64,000 nucleotides of DNA from an uncultured bacterium (GCA_903934015.1 CAIZMI010000034.1:20378-84377), one strand, 5' to 3'. Shown: positions 46,687 to 57,074, numbered from the stretch's first letter. Made by a program: numbers and translations. The notes: generated by a model not told the origin, from the letters alone.

Positions 46687-47724
46687 ATGACATTTGCCGA
46701 ATATTGCCAACAAAATAACGACGCTATACTCAAAACAATCGTGAATTATCTTCCTGAACGCGAACCGCTTGGCCATTACCAAGTTGCGCGGGAATACACG
46801 TTGCGCAAAGGGAAATATGCGCGACCAAATCTGGCACTGCTTTGGACGGAACTTTTTGGCGAATCAAAAGAAATTGTATTCCCCTTTGCTTGTGGTATCC
46901 AAATGGCAGAAGACTGGTTTTTGATGCAAGACGATTGGATGGATCAAAACGAAATGCGACGCGGAAAACCAACCGCCCATTTACTTTATGGCGCGTCCGC
47001 CACGATCAATGCCAGCAATTCGGTTCAAGCGTCGATGTGGAAGATGGTGCATGAGGGGACGTTACAAACCCACCCCCGCCCTCCCTTATCCGGGAGGGAA
47101 ACGACGACGCGACTTTTTGATAAATTCTACGACATTATTAACGTGACTATTGAGGGACAGTATCTAGATTTGAAATTAACTGAACGAAAAATTACCGATT
47201 TTACCCTCGAAGATTACTGGCAATCAATCCACGCCAAGGCGGCCTACTATTCCGTTTATGGGCCAATGCAACTCGGCGCAATCTCGGCGGGACAACCGGA
47301 AAATGTGGTAGAAAAAATCGCGGACTACGGAGAAAAAATCGGTCGTGCTTTTCAACTAAAGGATGATATTCTCGATTGTACTTCAAACGAAGAAACGCTT
47401 GGAAAAACAATTGGAAATGATGTTTTAGAAGGCACAAAGACGGCCATTCTTTGGCATTGTATTCAAAAAGCTAGCTCACAGGATTTAGAAAAACTACAAG
47501 CAATCTATGCGAAAAAACGAACAGAGAAAACTGCTGATGAAATTGGTTATGTCTTGGATTTGTTTAATACCACTGGCAGTATCACTTATGCCGAGCACTT
47601 AACCGATTCCCTGGCAAAAGAAGCGATGTTGGAATTTGAAAAACAAACGACAAGCCTCCCCGAAACGGAGTTAAAAGACACTGCTCGCGATGCGATACTT
47701 AAAATGACTCAACGAGAAAAATAA
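46687..47724 (+). CDS. polyprenyl (geranylgeranyl/farnesyl) diphosphate synthase
   Basis: First Asp-rich motif LMQDDWMDQNEMRRGKP and second FQLKDDILD. Start taken at the internal Met. Confidence 0.8.
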   Translation: MTFAEYCQQNNDAILKTIVNYLPEREPLGHYQVAREYTLRKGKYARPNLALLWTELFGESKEIVFPFACGIQMAEDWFLMQDDWMDQNEMRRGKPTAHLLYGASATINASNSVQASMWKMVHEGTLQTHPRPPLSGRETTTRLFDKFYDIINVTIEGQYLDLKLTERKITDFTLEDYWQSIHAKAAYYSVYGPMQLGAISAGQPENVVEKIADYGEKIGRAFQLKDDILDCTSNEETLGKTIGNDVLEGTKTAILWHCIQKASSQDLEKLQAIYAKKRTEKTADEIGYVLDLFNTTGSITYAEHLTDSLAKEAMLEFEKQTTSLPETELKDTARDAILKMTQREK

Positions 47725-47727
47725 AAA

Positions 47728-48519
47728 CTACAAACTATCCGCGATTTTGCGAATAATGTCTTTGTTTTGATCTAAGAGGATACTGGTCTGCAAACTTGAC
47801 GCCTGACTCTGTTTTTTCTTGGCGATAAAAATATTCGCTTCCAAAAGTGAATCAAAAGTACCCGCATCGATCCAACGACCCTTAATGATGCCGGCCTTCA
47901 ATTTACCTTCTTTGAGATAAATGTTATTCAAATCTGTAATTTCCAATTCGCCCCGCGGAGAAGGTTTTATAGTTCTTATTTTATCGTAGACAGTCGTGTC
48001 ATAGATATAAAAACCGGGTTGTCCATAGTTACTTTTTGGGTTTTGTGGCTTTTCTTCAATCGAAATCACATTCATATCTTGATCAAATTCCACCACCCCG
48101 AAACGATGCGGATCCGGCACTTCCTTGGCAAAAATTTTCGCACCCGTTCCGCTAAAATTACGAATTTCTTCCGACAGATCATCCTCAAAAATATTATCCC
48201 CAAGAATAAAAGCAATCGGCTCATTGTCGGCAAAAGTTTCCGTTAATGAAAGCCCCTGTGCCAACCCCGCCGGTTCATCCTGAATTTCATATGTAAAGCG
48301 CGCGCCAAATTCCTTACCGGAACCAAGGTAGGCCAAAAAGTCACCGGCATGATCGGGTGCCACAACAAAACAAACTTCTTTAATCCCGGCTTTCAAGAGG
48401 ATTTCCAAAGGATAGAAAATCAACGGCCTGTCATAGACATGCAAAAGCTGTTTGCTTGTTACTTTTGTGAGGGGTGCGAGACGCGTTCCCTTTCCTCCGG
48501 CTAAAATTACACCTTTCAT
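47728..48519 (-). CDS. sugar-1-phosphate nucleotidyltransferase (RmlA/GlmU-type)
   Basis: N-terminal GxGxRLxPLT motif MKGVILAGGKGTRLAPLT. Confidence 0.8.
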   Translation of the reverse strand: MKGVILAGGKGTRLAPLTKVTSKQLLHVYDRPLIFYPLEILLKAGIKEVCFVVAPDHAGDFLAYLGSGKEFGARFTYEIQDEPAGLAQGLSLTETFADNEPIAFILGDNIFEDDLSEEIRNFSGTGAKIFAKEVPDPHRFGVVEFDQDMNVISIEEKPQNPKSNYGQPGFYIYDTTVYDKIRTIKPSPRGELEITDLNNIYLKEGKLKAGIIKGRWIDAGTFDSLLEANIFIAKKKQSQASSLQTSILLDQNKDIIRKIADSL

Positions 48520-48532
48520 AGAAATAGATTAA

Positions 48533-49615
48533 TTAAACAGTCTCTGTTTGAGAAACATACTGCAAACTCTCTTGACGCACCAGTTCCTCGGTAAATTTGG
48601 CAATTAAATGGCGATTTTCCGGATCAGCAATTTGCGCCAACAATTCTTCATAGGTGGCAACACACGTACCCGCTTTGCGCACCCCAATACCACCGACAAT
48701 ATTGGCGATAAACGCGGCTTCAACCAACGACGCACCGGAAGTTAGGGCCAAAACACTTGCCGCGAGAATCGTATCACCGGCACCAGTCAAATCGAACGCC
48801 TCTGCCTTTTGAGTAGGAATAACTGCCGTCACATTGGTTGCTCTTTCGTGGATCACCGAGCCATCCGGACCAAGAGTAACAATCACATCACATTGATATT
48901 TATCACTCAAGATTTGAGCGACTTCTTCAGGTTTTGTTTTCACAGCATCAACTTTTGCCAGCGCACAAGCTTCCCACCAATTTGGTTTAAGAAGCGAAAA
49001 CATACCCGGACGATAATTTTTTTCATTACTCGGTTTTGGATCTAAAGCAATAATCATTTGCGGAAATTGCGCACGGATTTCCAAGAGAAAATTCATCAAT
49101 TCTCCACGAACAACACCCTTGTCATAATCCTGGATAAAAATGGCATTGGTTTTTGGCAAAAGGCTGTGAATATGATTTTTACACTCTTCAAAAATTCCGG
49201 TACCAATCGAATCCTTTGATTCGTTGCTGATCCGTAACAAGTGAAATTGATTATTACAATAACGCAATTTTGTCGTGGTGGGACGAGAAGAATCTTCAAT
49301 GCCAATCAAGTTGACGTTTTGTTTTACCGCCATCAATTTTCTTAATGAGTCAGCTTCCGGATCACGCCCGACAACACCGATAAGATGCACAAAACCACCC
49401 AGTAATCCGACATTCCAAGCCGCGTTTGCCGCACCACCGGGAACCTCTGTAAGACTGGGATTATGGAGATCAATCACCGGCGCTTCGGGAGAAAGCACAA
49501 CCGCTTTGCCTCGACGATATTGATCCAACATTAAATCACCTACTCCTACAATGGTTTTTTGCGGAAAGGAATTAACAATGCCCTCCAGGCGTTGTATTAC
49601 ACGTTCTACGAACAT
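48533..49615 (-). CDS. PfkB-family carbohydrate kinase (HldE/RfaE kinase-domain-like)
   Basis: PfkB signature GAGDTILAASVLALTSG and an N-terminal GG dipeptide. Confidence 0.75.
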   Translation of the reverse strand: MFVERVIQRLEGIVNSFPQKTIVGVGDLMLDQYRRGKAVVLSPEAPVIDLHNPSLTEVPGGAANAAWNVGLLGGFVHLIGVVGRDPEADSLRKLMAVKQNVNLIGIEDSSRPTTTKLRYCNNQFHLLRISNESKDSIGTGIFEECKNHIHSLLPKTNAIFIQDYDKGVVRGELMNFLLEIRAQFPQMIIALDPKPSNEKNYRPGMFSLLKPNWWEACALAKVDAVKTKPEEVAQILSDKYQCDVIVTLGPDGSVIHERATNVTAVIPTQKAEAFDLTGAGDTILAASVLALTSGASLVEAAFIANIVGGIGVRKAGTCVATYEELLAQIADPENRHLIAKFTEELVRQESLQYVSQTETV

Positions 49616-49877
49616 AAATATTGTGTTTGGAGAGTAAACTAGTGCGACTATAATGTCAATAGCAAATCACTTGACAGTGTCACAACGAGGTGGTACTTTG
49701 CGCGGTTGGCTTTGGACCCCAACGAGACCAGCGTTTTAGCCACTTTTTGTGCTTAAAACGGTGCTCTTTCACCCCGGCGACGACCCGAAAACTCGTCGCC
49801 CATTTTTTCCAGGCATCTGACCGACGTGGTCGGATGGGCTGGACGAAAATGCACTTTTGCAAGGAGAAGAAAAAGCG

Positions 49878-50723
49878 ATGATTACCGAAGTTGCCAAAAA
49901 CTGGGACGAGCTCACCAAACCCCAAAATCTCCCGCGCCTCCGGGCTATTCTGAAGCCGTCGGTACTCGAGGCAATGAACAAAGCCGACATGGAAATCCTC
50001 CTCTCACTGTTACCCAAGTACGGGCCATTGCGAGGACGAACTCCCGGCGCCTTGCGTGTTATGAGCATCGGCTACCACGCGCACATCGTCGGAACGGCGA
50101 TCGGATCGCCGTACGAAGTGGACTACGTCACCAGATTGCACAGTTGCTCGGCAACGAGCAGCATCATCCTGCGCATTCCGGAGAAATGTGGTTTTCGTGG
50201 TTTCGGTGACGTCCCCATGGGCAAAAACCTCCATTTTTTGAAAGCATTATCACTGGCGGAAGAAAAGAAACTGTTCTCCGTTGGCGAACTGGAGCTCCTC
50301 TTGCAGAAAATTTTCCGCCCGGGAACGCCCAACTCCTGGCAATGGGGTACCCCAGGTGGAGTCCACGAACCGAAGGGACCCGACGCGGTCGAGCAAGGAG
50401 TGGTCGAACTAACGGAAGAGGCAGAGGGCTTGACACTGATTGCCTCTGACGTCCTCCTCCATAACCAAATTTTCCAGTCCGGCAACATCCCGGAGTGGCA
50501 CACCATCGTGGTGATGTTGTGCAGCGGTTCCCCTGTTGTAACCGACGGCGCCCGTTCCGAGGGTATTGTGGAATACAAATCAGTACGCCTTGCACAAGCC
50601 ATCTCGGAAATCACAAACTTCGAAAGAGAAGGCGACATCAACAGCCCCAACTACATTCCGTTTGACGGGAAAATCCTCCAAGGTCTGATGATGATTGATC
50701 GCTGGACTCGGGTCATGATCTAG
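49878..50723 (+). CDS. hypothetical protein on a markedly GC-rich segment
   Basis: Roughly 280 aa with an Ala/Gly/Pro-rich composition. A structured ~190-nt leader lies upstream. Confidence 0.45.
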   Translation: MITEVAKNWDELTKPQNLPRLRAILKPSVLEAMNKADMEILLSLLPKYGPLRGRTPGALRVMSIGYHAHIVGTAIGSPYEVDYVTRLHSCSATSSIILRIPEKCGFRGFGDVPMGKNLHFLKALSLAEEKKLFSVGELELLLQKIFRPGTPNSWQWGTPGGVHEPKGPDAVEQGVVELTEEAEGLTLIASDVLLHNQIFQSGNIPEWHTIVVMLCSGSPVVTDGARSEGIVEYKSVRLAQAISEITNFEREGDINSPNYIPFDGKILQGLMMIDRWTRVMI

Positions 50724-50737
50724 TGATGAAGGGAAAA

Positions 50738-50780
50738 CCGAAAACCCGAAGCCGGACACAAACTCGTGTCCGGTATTTTT
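50738..50780 (+). terminator. rho-independent terminator
   Basis: Hairpin ccggacacaaactcgtgtccgg followed by tatttttttaa. Confidence 0.6.
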
Positions 50781-50787
50781 TTAATAT

Positions 50788-50821
50788 ATTACGTATCTTA
50801 AGGTCCGACCTTTGCAAAGGT
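50788..50821. repeat. 34-bp perfect palindrome (copy 2 of 2)
   Basis: ttaaggtccgacctttgcaaaggtcggaccttaa. Confidence 0.7.
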
Positions 50822-50844
50822 CGGACCTTAATGCGATTGTTTTT

Positions 50845-51852
50845 CTATTTTCTCAGCCTCTCCAGATCCGCGTCTACCATCAACTTTGCCAATTCTTCAA
50901 AACTGACTTTTGGTTCCCAACCTAATTCCCTTTTGGCTTTACCAAAGTCACCGCGAGAAGCGGTTATTTCCGTCGGACGCTTAAAGGCATCATCCGAAAA
51001 AACGTGTTCTTCCCAATTCAAACCAACGTGTGCGAATGCAATCTGACAAAATTCTTTAATCGAATGCAAAGTGTTCGTCGCGATAATGTAATCGTCCGGC
51101 TTTTCTTGTTGCATAATTCTCCACATCGCATCAACATATTCTTTGGCATAGCCCCAATCACGCATGGCGTCCAAATTGCCCATGTGTACTTTACCATCGC
51201 GCACGAGCGATTGACCGGATTCGTCCAATGGCGGATCCGTGATCCCTAATTTTATACAAGCAACCGCGGTGGTAATTTTTCGACTGACAAAATGCAAACC
51301 ACGACGCGGACTCTCGTGATTAAATAAAATACCGGCACAAGTGAACATCCCAAAAGACTCGCGATAATTGCGCATCATTAAATGCGCGTAAAGCTTGGCA
51401 ATACCGTATGGATTATTTGCCAAGAATGGTGTTTGTTCATCCATTACCTCCTGATGCACGCCACCAAAAATCTCACGACTGGAACCCTGATAAAATTTAC
51501 ACGCCGGCACGAAACGACGGATTGATTCTAACAAACGTACAACTCCCAAAGCTGTCACTTCTCCGGTATAAATTGGATGGGTCCAACTATCGGCCGGAAC
51601 GGATTGAGCGGCTAAATTATAAACTTCATCCGGCTGATGTTTTTGAATGACGTTATCAAGAGAACTACTATCGATTAAATCCGCATACTCGATAACAATT
51701 TTTCCCTTTAAATGCTTAATATTCGCACGTTCACTTTCTGAAGTACGTCTCAATGTGCCCACAACCTTATAGCCTTTTTCAACCAACAGATCCGCCAAAT
51801 ACGATGCGTCTTGCCCGCTCACCCCTGTAATAATCGCTGTTTTTGTGCTCAT
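50845..51852 (-). CDS. gmd: GDP-mannose 4,6-dehydratase
   Basis: N-terminal ITGVSGQDASYLADLL motif; SDR catalytic YGIAK; characteristic GMD segments. Confidence 0.9.
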   Translation of the reverse strand: MSTKTAIITGVSGQDASYLADLLVEKGYKVVGTLRRTSESERANIKHLKGKIVIEYADLIDSSSLDNVIQKHQPDEVYNLAAQSVPADSWTHPIYTGEVTALGVVRLLESIRRFVPACKFYQGSSREIFGGVHQEVMDEQTPFLANNPYGIAKLYAHLMMRNYRESFGMFTCAGILFNHESPRRGLHFVSRKITTAVACIKLGITDPPLDESGQSLVRDGKVHMGNLDAMRDWGYAKEYVDAMWRIMQQEKPDDYIIATNTLHSIKEFCQIAFAHVGLNWEEHVFSDDAFKRPTEITASRGDFGKAKRELGWEPKVSFEELAKLMVDADLERLRK

Positions 51853-52145
51853 GAGAAATTTTTCACTTAAAATTAATGTTCGAATCGCCTTGGCAAATAG
51901 TCCGTTGACGCATTCGAATTCCTACCCCTAGTTTACGAAAAATGTATTAATGACGCAATTATCCAATATTACGTAAAACTATAAAAACATGACCATTATA
52001 ATACGTATTTGTCAATCACTATTGACACTAATTTTTTAAGGGGGGATAATAAAAACTCCCAACAACGTATTAGATTAACCAATTAACATAATATTTTTTA
52101 ATAATACGGCTGATAATAGTAATTAATGTTAATATTAACTGACAA

Positions 52146-52421
52146 ATGTATAACACCAATCTCCCAACTAACAACTTAAGCACCGAATACATGGCGCGTT
52201 TATTTCGCACACCCGTTAACACAATAATTGGCACCCTCGACCTTCTTCGTGAAGGTGCTTTCGATAAGCTAGATGAGGAAAAAAAGACAGAATTACTTAA
52301 TAACGCTTATGCCAAAGCAAAAAAACTGAATGAATACATCAACTACAGCATTTGCGACGATCGACACTGCATGGATAATACGTGTAAGATACACTTTCCT
52401 GACACTGCTAATAATGAATAA
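52146..52421 (+). CDS. small hypothetical protein with a degenerate HisKA-like segment
   Basis: ARLFRTPVNTIIGTLDLL resembles an H-box with the His replaced by another residue. Weak. Confidence 0.25.
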   Translation: MYNTNLPTNNLSTEYMARLFRTPVNTIIGTLDLLREGAFDKLDEEKKTELLNNAYAKAKKLNEYINYSICDDRHCMDNTCKIHFPDTANNE

Positions 52422-52612
52422 GTTTAGAGGCTAATTACAACTTACAAAGCCCTAATCTCATCAAATTTTCAATTATCAATTCCCAATTTTCAATTACGAC
52501 GTCGCACTTTGATAATTTAAGAATTGATAATTATTTGAAAATTGGTAATTGAACATTGAAAATTTTGAGTGCAAATCATTTTTTTGCTTCAAAATTTATC
52601 GACTTCCTAATT

Positions 52613-53923
52613 TCAATCTTCTTCCACTGATATATCCGCTCCCAGATCGGCGAGTTTTTCAACTAAGTGGTCAAATCCCCTTTCCAGTTTTTCCACACCC
52701 TTAATTCGTGTTGTGCCATCAGCAATCAATGCCGCGAGTATGTAGGCAAAAGCCGAATGAATATCTGAAATATTCAGATTACCCCCTTTAAGGGCTACTG
52801 GCCCTTTTATTATCGCGCTGTGTTTTTCGCCGGTATTTTTAAAACGACACTCACTGCTTCCCAAACATTCAGCAAAAATCTGAATATCCGCCCCCATTTT
52901 TACCAAATCATCCGTGTAACTAAAATGCTGTTCATGCACCGTTTCGTGTAAAACTGATGCGCCATTGCATTGCGTTAATACAACCGAAAAAGGCGGTTGC
53001 CAATCAGTCATAAAACCGGGATGTACGCCGGTTTCCAAGTTAATGGCTTTTAGTTCACCTTCATGCGAAAAAGCAATACCCTCATCAATGACGCTAAAGT
53101 TTCCACCGATTTTTCTAATCACATTCATTAATGTTTGATTTTCATCTTGTACTGCACCTTTAATAAAAATACTTCCCTGTGTTGCGATAGCCACGCACGC
53201 AAATGAAGCCACCTCAATACGATCCGGAATAATGCTGTGTTCTGCCCCATTAAGAAAACCAACACCTTCAATCACAAACACCCTTCCGGGTTCGTGAAAA
53301 ATTACCGCGCCCATCTTCTGCAATAAATTCGTCAAATCAATAATTTCCGGTTCCACGGCCACGTTTTTTATGACCGTCTTCCCTTCCGCTAAAACAGCTG
53401 CCAGTAATAAATTCTCAGTTGCAGATACACTCGGATATGGAAGTACGATTGAAGCACCTTTCAATTTTTCGGAACGAAAAAAAAGCGTATTATCTTTTTC
53501 CTCCACTTTCGCTCCCATCGCTTTGTAACCTTCAATGTGATAATCCACCGGTTTCTCCGCGCCTTTTAACGAACCATCCAACGGAATTTCTGCGTGACCA
53601 AAACGATGTAAAAGTGGCGCCGCCAAAAGCATTGGCAAACGATTTCTGCCGTGCCACTCCACCGATGCTCTACTATCCCGTACCTCCGGCGTCGTTAAGT
53701 GCATAAACTTATTTTCCTTATCCCAAGTAATTTGGGTACCGATTTTTTCCAGCATTTCCATCGTACTCTGCACTTCTCCAATATCAGGAACATTCTTTAG
53801 ACGAATCGGATCAAACGAAAGCAGTGACGCAATCATCATTTTTGTGACTGCGTTTCTGGAACCACTGACATTTACTTGACCGTGTAATTGGTTTCCTCCT
53901 TTTATGATGTATGTTTTTGGCAC
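52613..53923 (-). CDS. murA: UDP-N-acetylglucosamine 1-carboxyvinyltransferase (paralog 1)
   Basis: MPKTYIIKGGNQLHGQVNVSGSRNAVTKMMIASLL… and a conserved catalytic-loop region. Confidence 0.9.
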   Translation of the reverse strand: MPKTYIIKGGNQLHGQVNVSGSRNAVTKMMIASLLSFDPIRLKNVPDIGEVQSTMEMLEKIGTQITWDKENKFMHLTTPEVRDSRASVEWHGRNRLPMLLAAPLLHRFGHAEIPLDGSLKGAEKPVDYHIEGYKAMGAKVEEKDNTLFFRSEKLKGASIVLPYPSVSATENLLLAAVLAEGKTVIKNVAVEPEIIDLTNLLQKMGAVIFHEPGRVFVIEGVGFLNGAEHSIIPDRIEVASFACVAIATQGSIFIKGAVQDENQTLMNVIRKIGGNFSVIDEGIAFSHEGELKAINLETGVHPGFMTDWQPPFSVVLTQCNGASVLHETVHEQHFSYTDDLVKMGADIQIFAECLGSSECRFKNTGEKHSAIIKGPVALKGGNLNISDIHSAFAYILAALIADGTTRIKGVEKLERGFDHLVEKLADLGADISVEED

Positions 53924-53959
53924 ACGTTAATATTATCACATGTGCCGATTAACCGTAGA

Positions 53960-54001
53960 CCACTCCAGGAGCGGAGCAACCTTGCTCCGCTCCTGGAGTG
54001 G
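53960..54001. terminator. long palindromic hairpin (ccactccaggagcggagcaa…ttgctccgctcctggagtgg); probable terminator of the 54129-54944 gene
   Basis: 20-bp stem. A related hairpin lies at 55138-55179. Confidence 0.45.
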
Positions 54002-54128
54002 TGCAAAGGTTCGTTTAGAATCAATCAAACATCCCCCGTCGCCAAGGCTATGGGGGATTATCTTCTTTGAAAAGAAAAAAATCTCCCGTTCGAAGAACGG
54101 GAGAGAAAGAACACTCTGAATGAGCAAA

Positions 54129-54944
54129 CTACGCGGCCAATGAGCAGACATACTGTGCCAATGTCGTTGCGTAACGAATCGCAACTGTCGCAAGCAACAC
54201 GACTGCGGTCAGCAACTTCTTAAGCCATTGCGCAGCGCCGGTTTGTTTCTCAACATGAGCCGGATTTTTCGGATCGAGCTCGCGTTGGCGACTCCACAAG
54301 CGTTCCGATTCCCTTGCGGCCTCAATTGCGTCTCCATGACGGCCGATTTTTTCGAGAATTTTGCTTTTCCAGTGGTTCGCAGCTGCGCGATGATGAACGT
54401 TCATGTCACCGTCACCGTAACGTGCAAGGGCTCCCCCAATGAGAATTTTTGCGTGATGAAAGTGTTGTTCGGAATCAGAACCTCCTTTTTCACCAAGTGC
54501 TAAGAAAAACCGAGCGCCATTGTGCCACAAGTTGGCGGTGGAAACATCTGTTCCCTGATGACGGATAACACGCGCAAGGACATCAGACGATGCAATTGTG
54601 CTATCGGCGTCCCGCGCCCTGATTATGATCGCGTTACAAGAATTTACCGTGTCACCAAGCTCTGCGCACAGCGCAATCAGTGTTTCGTCATTTTTGTACC
54701 CTGGCGCGTATGCCGCCAGATACATCAAACACTCACGTGCCCACACAAAACTCCCAGCCTGGTTGGCAAAATCGAAAGCCTCCGCGTACTTTTTGAGTCG
54801 GTAGAAACACCACGCACCTAAGGCAAACAACTCACTCCGCTCTTGACCTTCGACCCCCCCCCGAAGCTCTTTTTCGACCGCTTCAAGGGCTTCCAAAAAT
54901 TTACTGCCGTCGTAAAGACTTGACCGAATCTCTGTCGCTTTCAT
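54129..54944 (-). CDS. hypothetical protein with C-terminal TM helix; GC-rich
   Basis: Ala/Arg-rich sequence with a C-terminal LLTAVVLLATVAI segment. Start taken at the internal Met. Confidence 0.45.
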   Translation of the reverse strand: MKATEIRSSLYDGSKFLEALEAVEKELRGGVEGQERSELFALGAWCFYRLKKYAEAFDFANQAGSFVWARECLMYLAAYAPGYKNDETLIALCAELGDTVNSCNAIIIRARDADSTIASSDVLARVIRHQGTDVSTANLWHNGARFFLALGEKGGSDSEQHFHHAKILIGGALARYGDGDMNVHHRAAANHWKSKILEKIGRHGDAIEAARESERLWSRQRELDPKNPAHVEKQTGAAQWLKKLLTAVVLLATVAIRYATTLAQYVCSLAA

Positions 54945-55055
54945 GTGCGACCTCCTTTTTGTTAACGAACAACTCGCCACCTTTCTAACATTAATCTGCA
55001 CCATAGTAAGGTGTCAGGTACTTTTTCCCTTAAGAAAAAGTACCTGACACCCTTC

Positions 55056-56504
55056 TTATATTACAAACTCAATCGGTTCCGGGGGTAATGGAATTTGTTC
55101 TTTTTCAGAATACTCTATCGACACTTGCGAACCAGCACCACCTACGAGGTGGAGCAAGTTTGCTCCACCTCGTAGGTGGTCGGAGGCTTCATCCACCACT
55201 TGAATATCCGCGCCTAAACCGCGCAGTTTTTCGACCAATGATTCGTAACCACGTTCAAGTTGATCCACACCACTGATGACCGATGTCCCCTGCGCCATCA
55301 AGGCAGCAATGACATAAACAAATCCTGCCCTCAAATCCGGCACAACCAAATCCACGGCTTTCAAATTAACTGGACCGCGCACTGCTACGCTGTGCTGGTA
55401 ATTCATTCCTTGAAAACGACAGTTATGACCGCCTAAACAATCGGTAAATAAATTTACGTCCGCGCCCATTTTCTTCAAGCCATCAAAATATCCAAAACGT
55501 TTTTCGTGCACCGTTTCATGCACGACCGACATGCCTTCCGCCTGCATCAAAAGCAACGAAAATGGCGGTTGCCAGTCGGTCATAAACCCCGGATGTGTTC
55601 CGGTTTCCATCGTTACGCCTTTCATCTGACCGGTCGAATAAAACCAAATACCGTCATTACTAATTTCAAAAGCCCCGCCGATTTTTCGCAACATATTCAA
55701 GAACGTACGCATACCATGTTGACTTACACCCTTAACAAGAACACTTCCCTTCGTGGCAATTGCCGCGCAAGCAAAAGAAGCTGCCTCAATTCGGTCTGGA
55801 GCAACGCGATGCTCTGCTCCATTGAGTTTAGCCACTCCTTCAACAACAAATGTCCGTTCCGGTTCCAAGAAAATAATCGCGCCCATCTTCTGAAGCAAAT
55901 CAACAAGCTCAATAATTTCCGGCTCGATAGCGGCATTTTTAATAACCGTTTTTCCTTCCGCCAAAACAGCACCAAGCAATAAACTCTCTGTCGTCATGAC
56001 GCTTGGGTATGGCAATTCAATCACCGCGCCATGTAGTTTGTTTGCCTTAAACACTATCGTGTTGCCATTCTCAACTATTTCCGCGCCCATTGCCCGGTAA
56101 CCAGTGATGTGGAAATCAACCGGTCGCGGACCAATCTTGTCGCCACCTTCTATGGGAATTTCGGCATGACCAAAACGATGCAAAAGAGGACCGGCCAATA
56201 AAATTGGAATTCTGTGTTTGCCGGAAAAAACAGCTGGAACTGTACTGGTTTGCAATGTCGGAGAAACAAGATGCACAGATGATTCCTTTGTGCCGTCCCA
56301 CATTGCCTGCGCGCCAAGGGAATTGAGCAAACTCATTGTTAACTCAACTTCCCCGATATGAGGGATATTAGAAAGTTTCACCGGTTCTTTTGTTAGAAGC
56401 GAAGCCACCATCATTTTTGTAACGGTATTTTTAGAGCCACCAACGGTAACAGACCCCTTTAAAGGGTTTCCACCAGTTACGATATATTGATTTGACATAG
56501 ACAA
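55056..56504 (-). CDS. murA: UDP-N-acetylglucosamine 1-carboxyvinyltransferase (paralog 2) with ~45-aa C-terminal extension
   Basis: MSMSNQYIVTGGNPLKGSVTVGGSKNTVTKMMVASLL… The extension (…HLRGGANLLHLVGG…) is translated through the palindromic hairpin at 55138-55179. Confidence 0.85.
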   Translation of the reverse strand: MSMSNQYIVTGGNPLKGSVTVGGSKNTVTKMMVASLLTKEPVKLSNIPHIGEVELTMSLLNSLGAQAMWDGTKESSVHLVSPTLQTSTVPAVFSGKHRIPILLAGPLLHRFGHAEIPIEGGDKIGPRPVDFHITGYRAMGAEIVENGNTIVFKANKLHGAVIELPYPSVMTTESLLLGAVLAEGKTVIKNAAIEPEIIELVDLLQKMGAIIFLEPERTFVVEGVAKLNGAEHRVAPDRIEAASFACAAIATKGSVLVKGVSQHGMRTFLNMLRKIGGAFEISNDGIWFYSTGQMKGVTMETGTHPGFMTDWQPPFSLLLMQAEGMSVVHETVHEKRFGYFDGLKKMGADVNLFTDCLGGHNCRFQGMNYQHSVAVRGPVNLKAVDLVVPDLRAGFVYVIAALMAQGTSVISGVDQLERGYESLVEKLRGLGADIQVVDEASDHLRGGANLLHLVGGAGSQVSIEYSEKEQIPLPPEPIEFVI

Positions 56505-56561
56505 AGTATTATGTTCCCAAAATGATTTTTTGTCAACCCCTCAAAATTACCCTTTTTGTGC

Positions 56562-57074
56562 CTATTTTACGCGATAAAGATAGACTTTCCCCACGCCATC
56601 AATACTCTTCTCTGCTTCAACCTGCCAATCTTTTATGGGAAAAGTATACGTAACAATTCGTGTGCCAGGCTTTAATTTTTTCTGCAATTCCCGCATCAAA
56701 TTTGGAAGTGTTTGAGGCATCAGAAATAAAAACAATACATTTACATTCGACATGTTGGCAGCAAAACCATCCCGCAACTTAACAGAACCTTTTACGCTAT
56801 TTCGCAACAGCGTAATTTTTGCCAACAACCAAAGGAATGGCGATAGCTCATAACCGATTACTTTTGCCCCTCGTTTGGCCGCCATCACCAAAACACGACC
56901 ATCTCCCGCACCAATATCAACTAAAGTATCCCCTGCTTTTACCTGCGCCAAATCCAATGCGACTTCCACTGCTTTTTTTGGGGTTGGAACATAAGGTGCG
57001 CCCTTCCATGCCGCCAAGGCTGTCATTGCGCCCGCTAGAAGCAAGATAAAATAAATAAACCAACCGATGGTCAT
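56562..57074 (-). CDS. small class I SAM-dependent methyltransferase with N-terminal TM helix
   Basis: Motif I LVDIGAGDGRVLVMAAKRGAKVIGYELSP. Confidence 0.65.
   Translation of the reverse strand: MTIGWFIYFILLLAGAMTALAAWKGAPYVPTPKKAVEVALDLAQVKAGDTLVDIGAGDGRVLVMAAKRGAKVIGYELSPFLWLLAKITLLRNSVKGSVKLRDGFAANMSNVNVLFLFLMPQTLPNLMRELQKKLKPGTRIVTYTFPIKDWQVEAEKSIDGVGKVYLYRVK

Noticed and set aside
52430-52610. Possible CRISPR array in the AT-rich repeat region
   Set aside because: The repeats are short, overlapping and palindromic, with no regularly sized unique spacers. No cas genes are present in the window.
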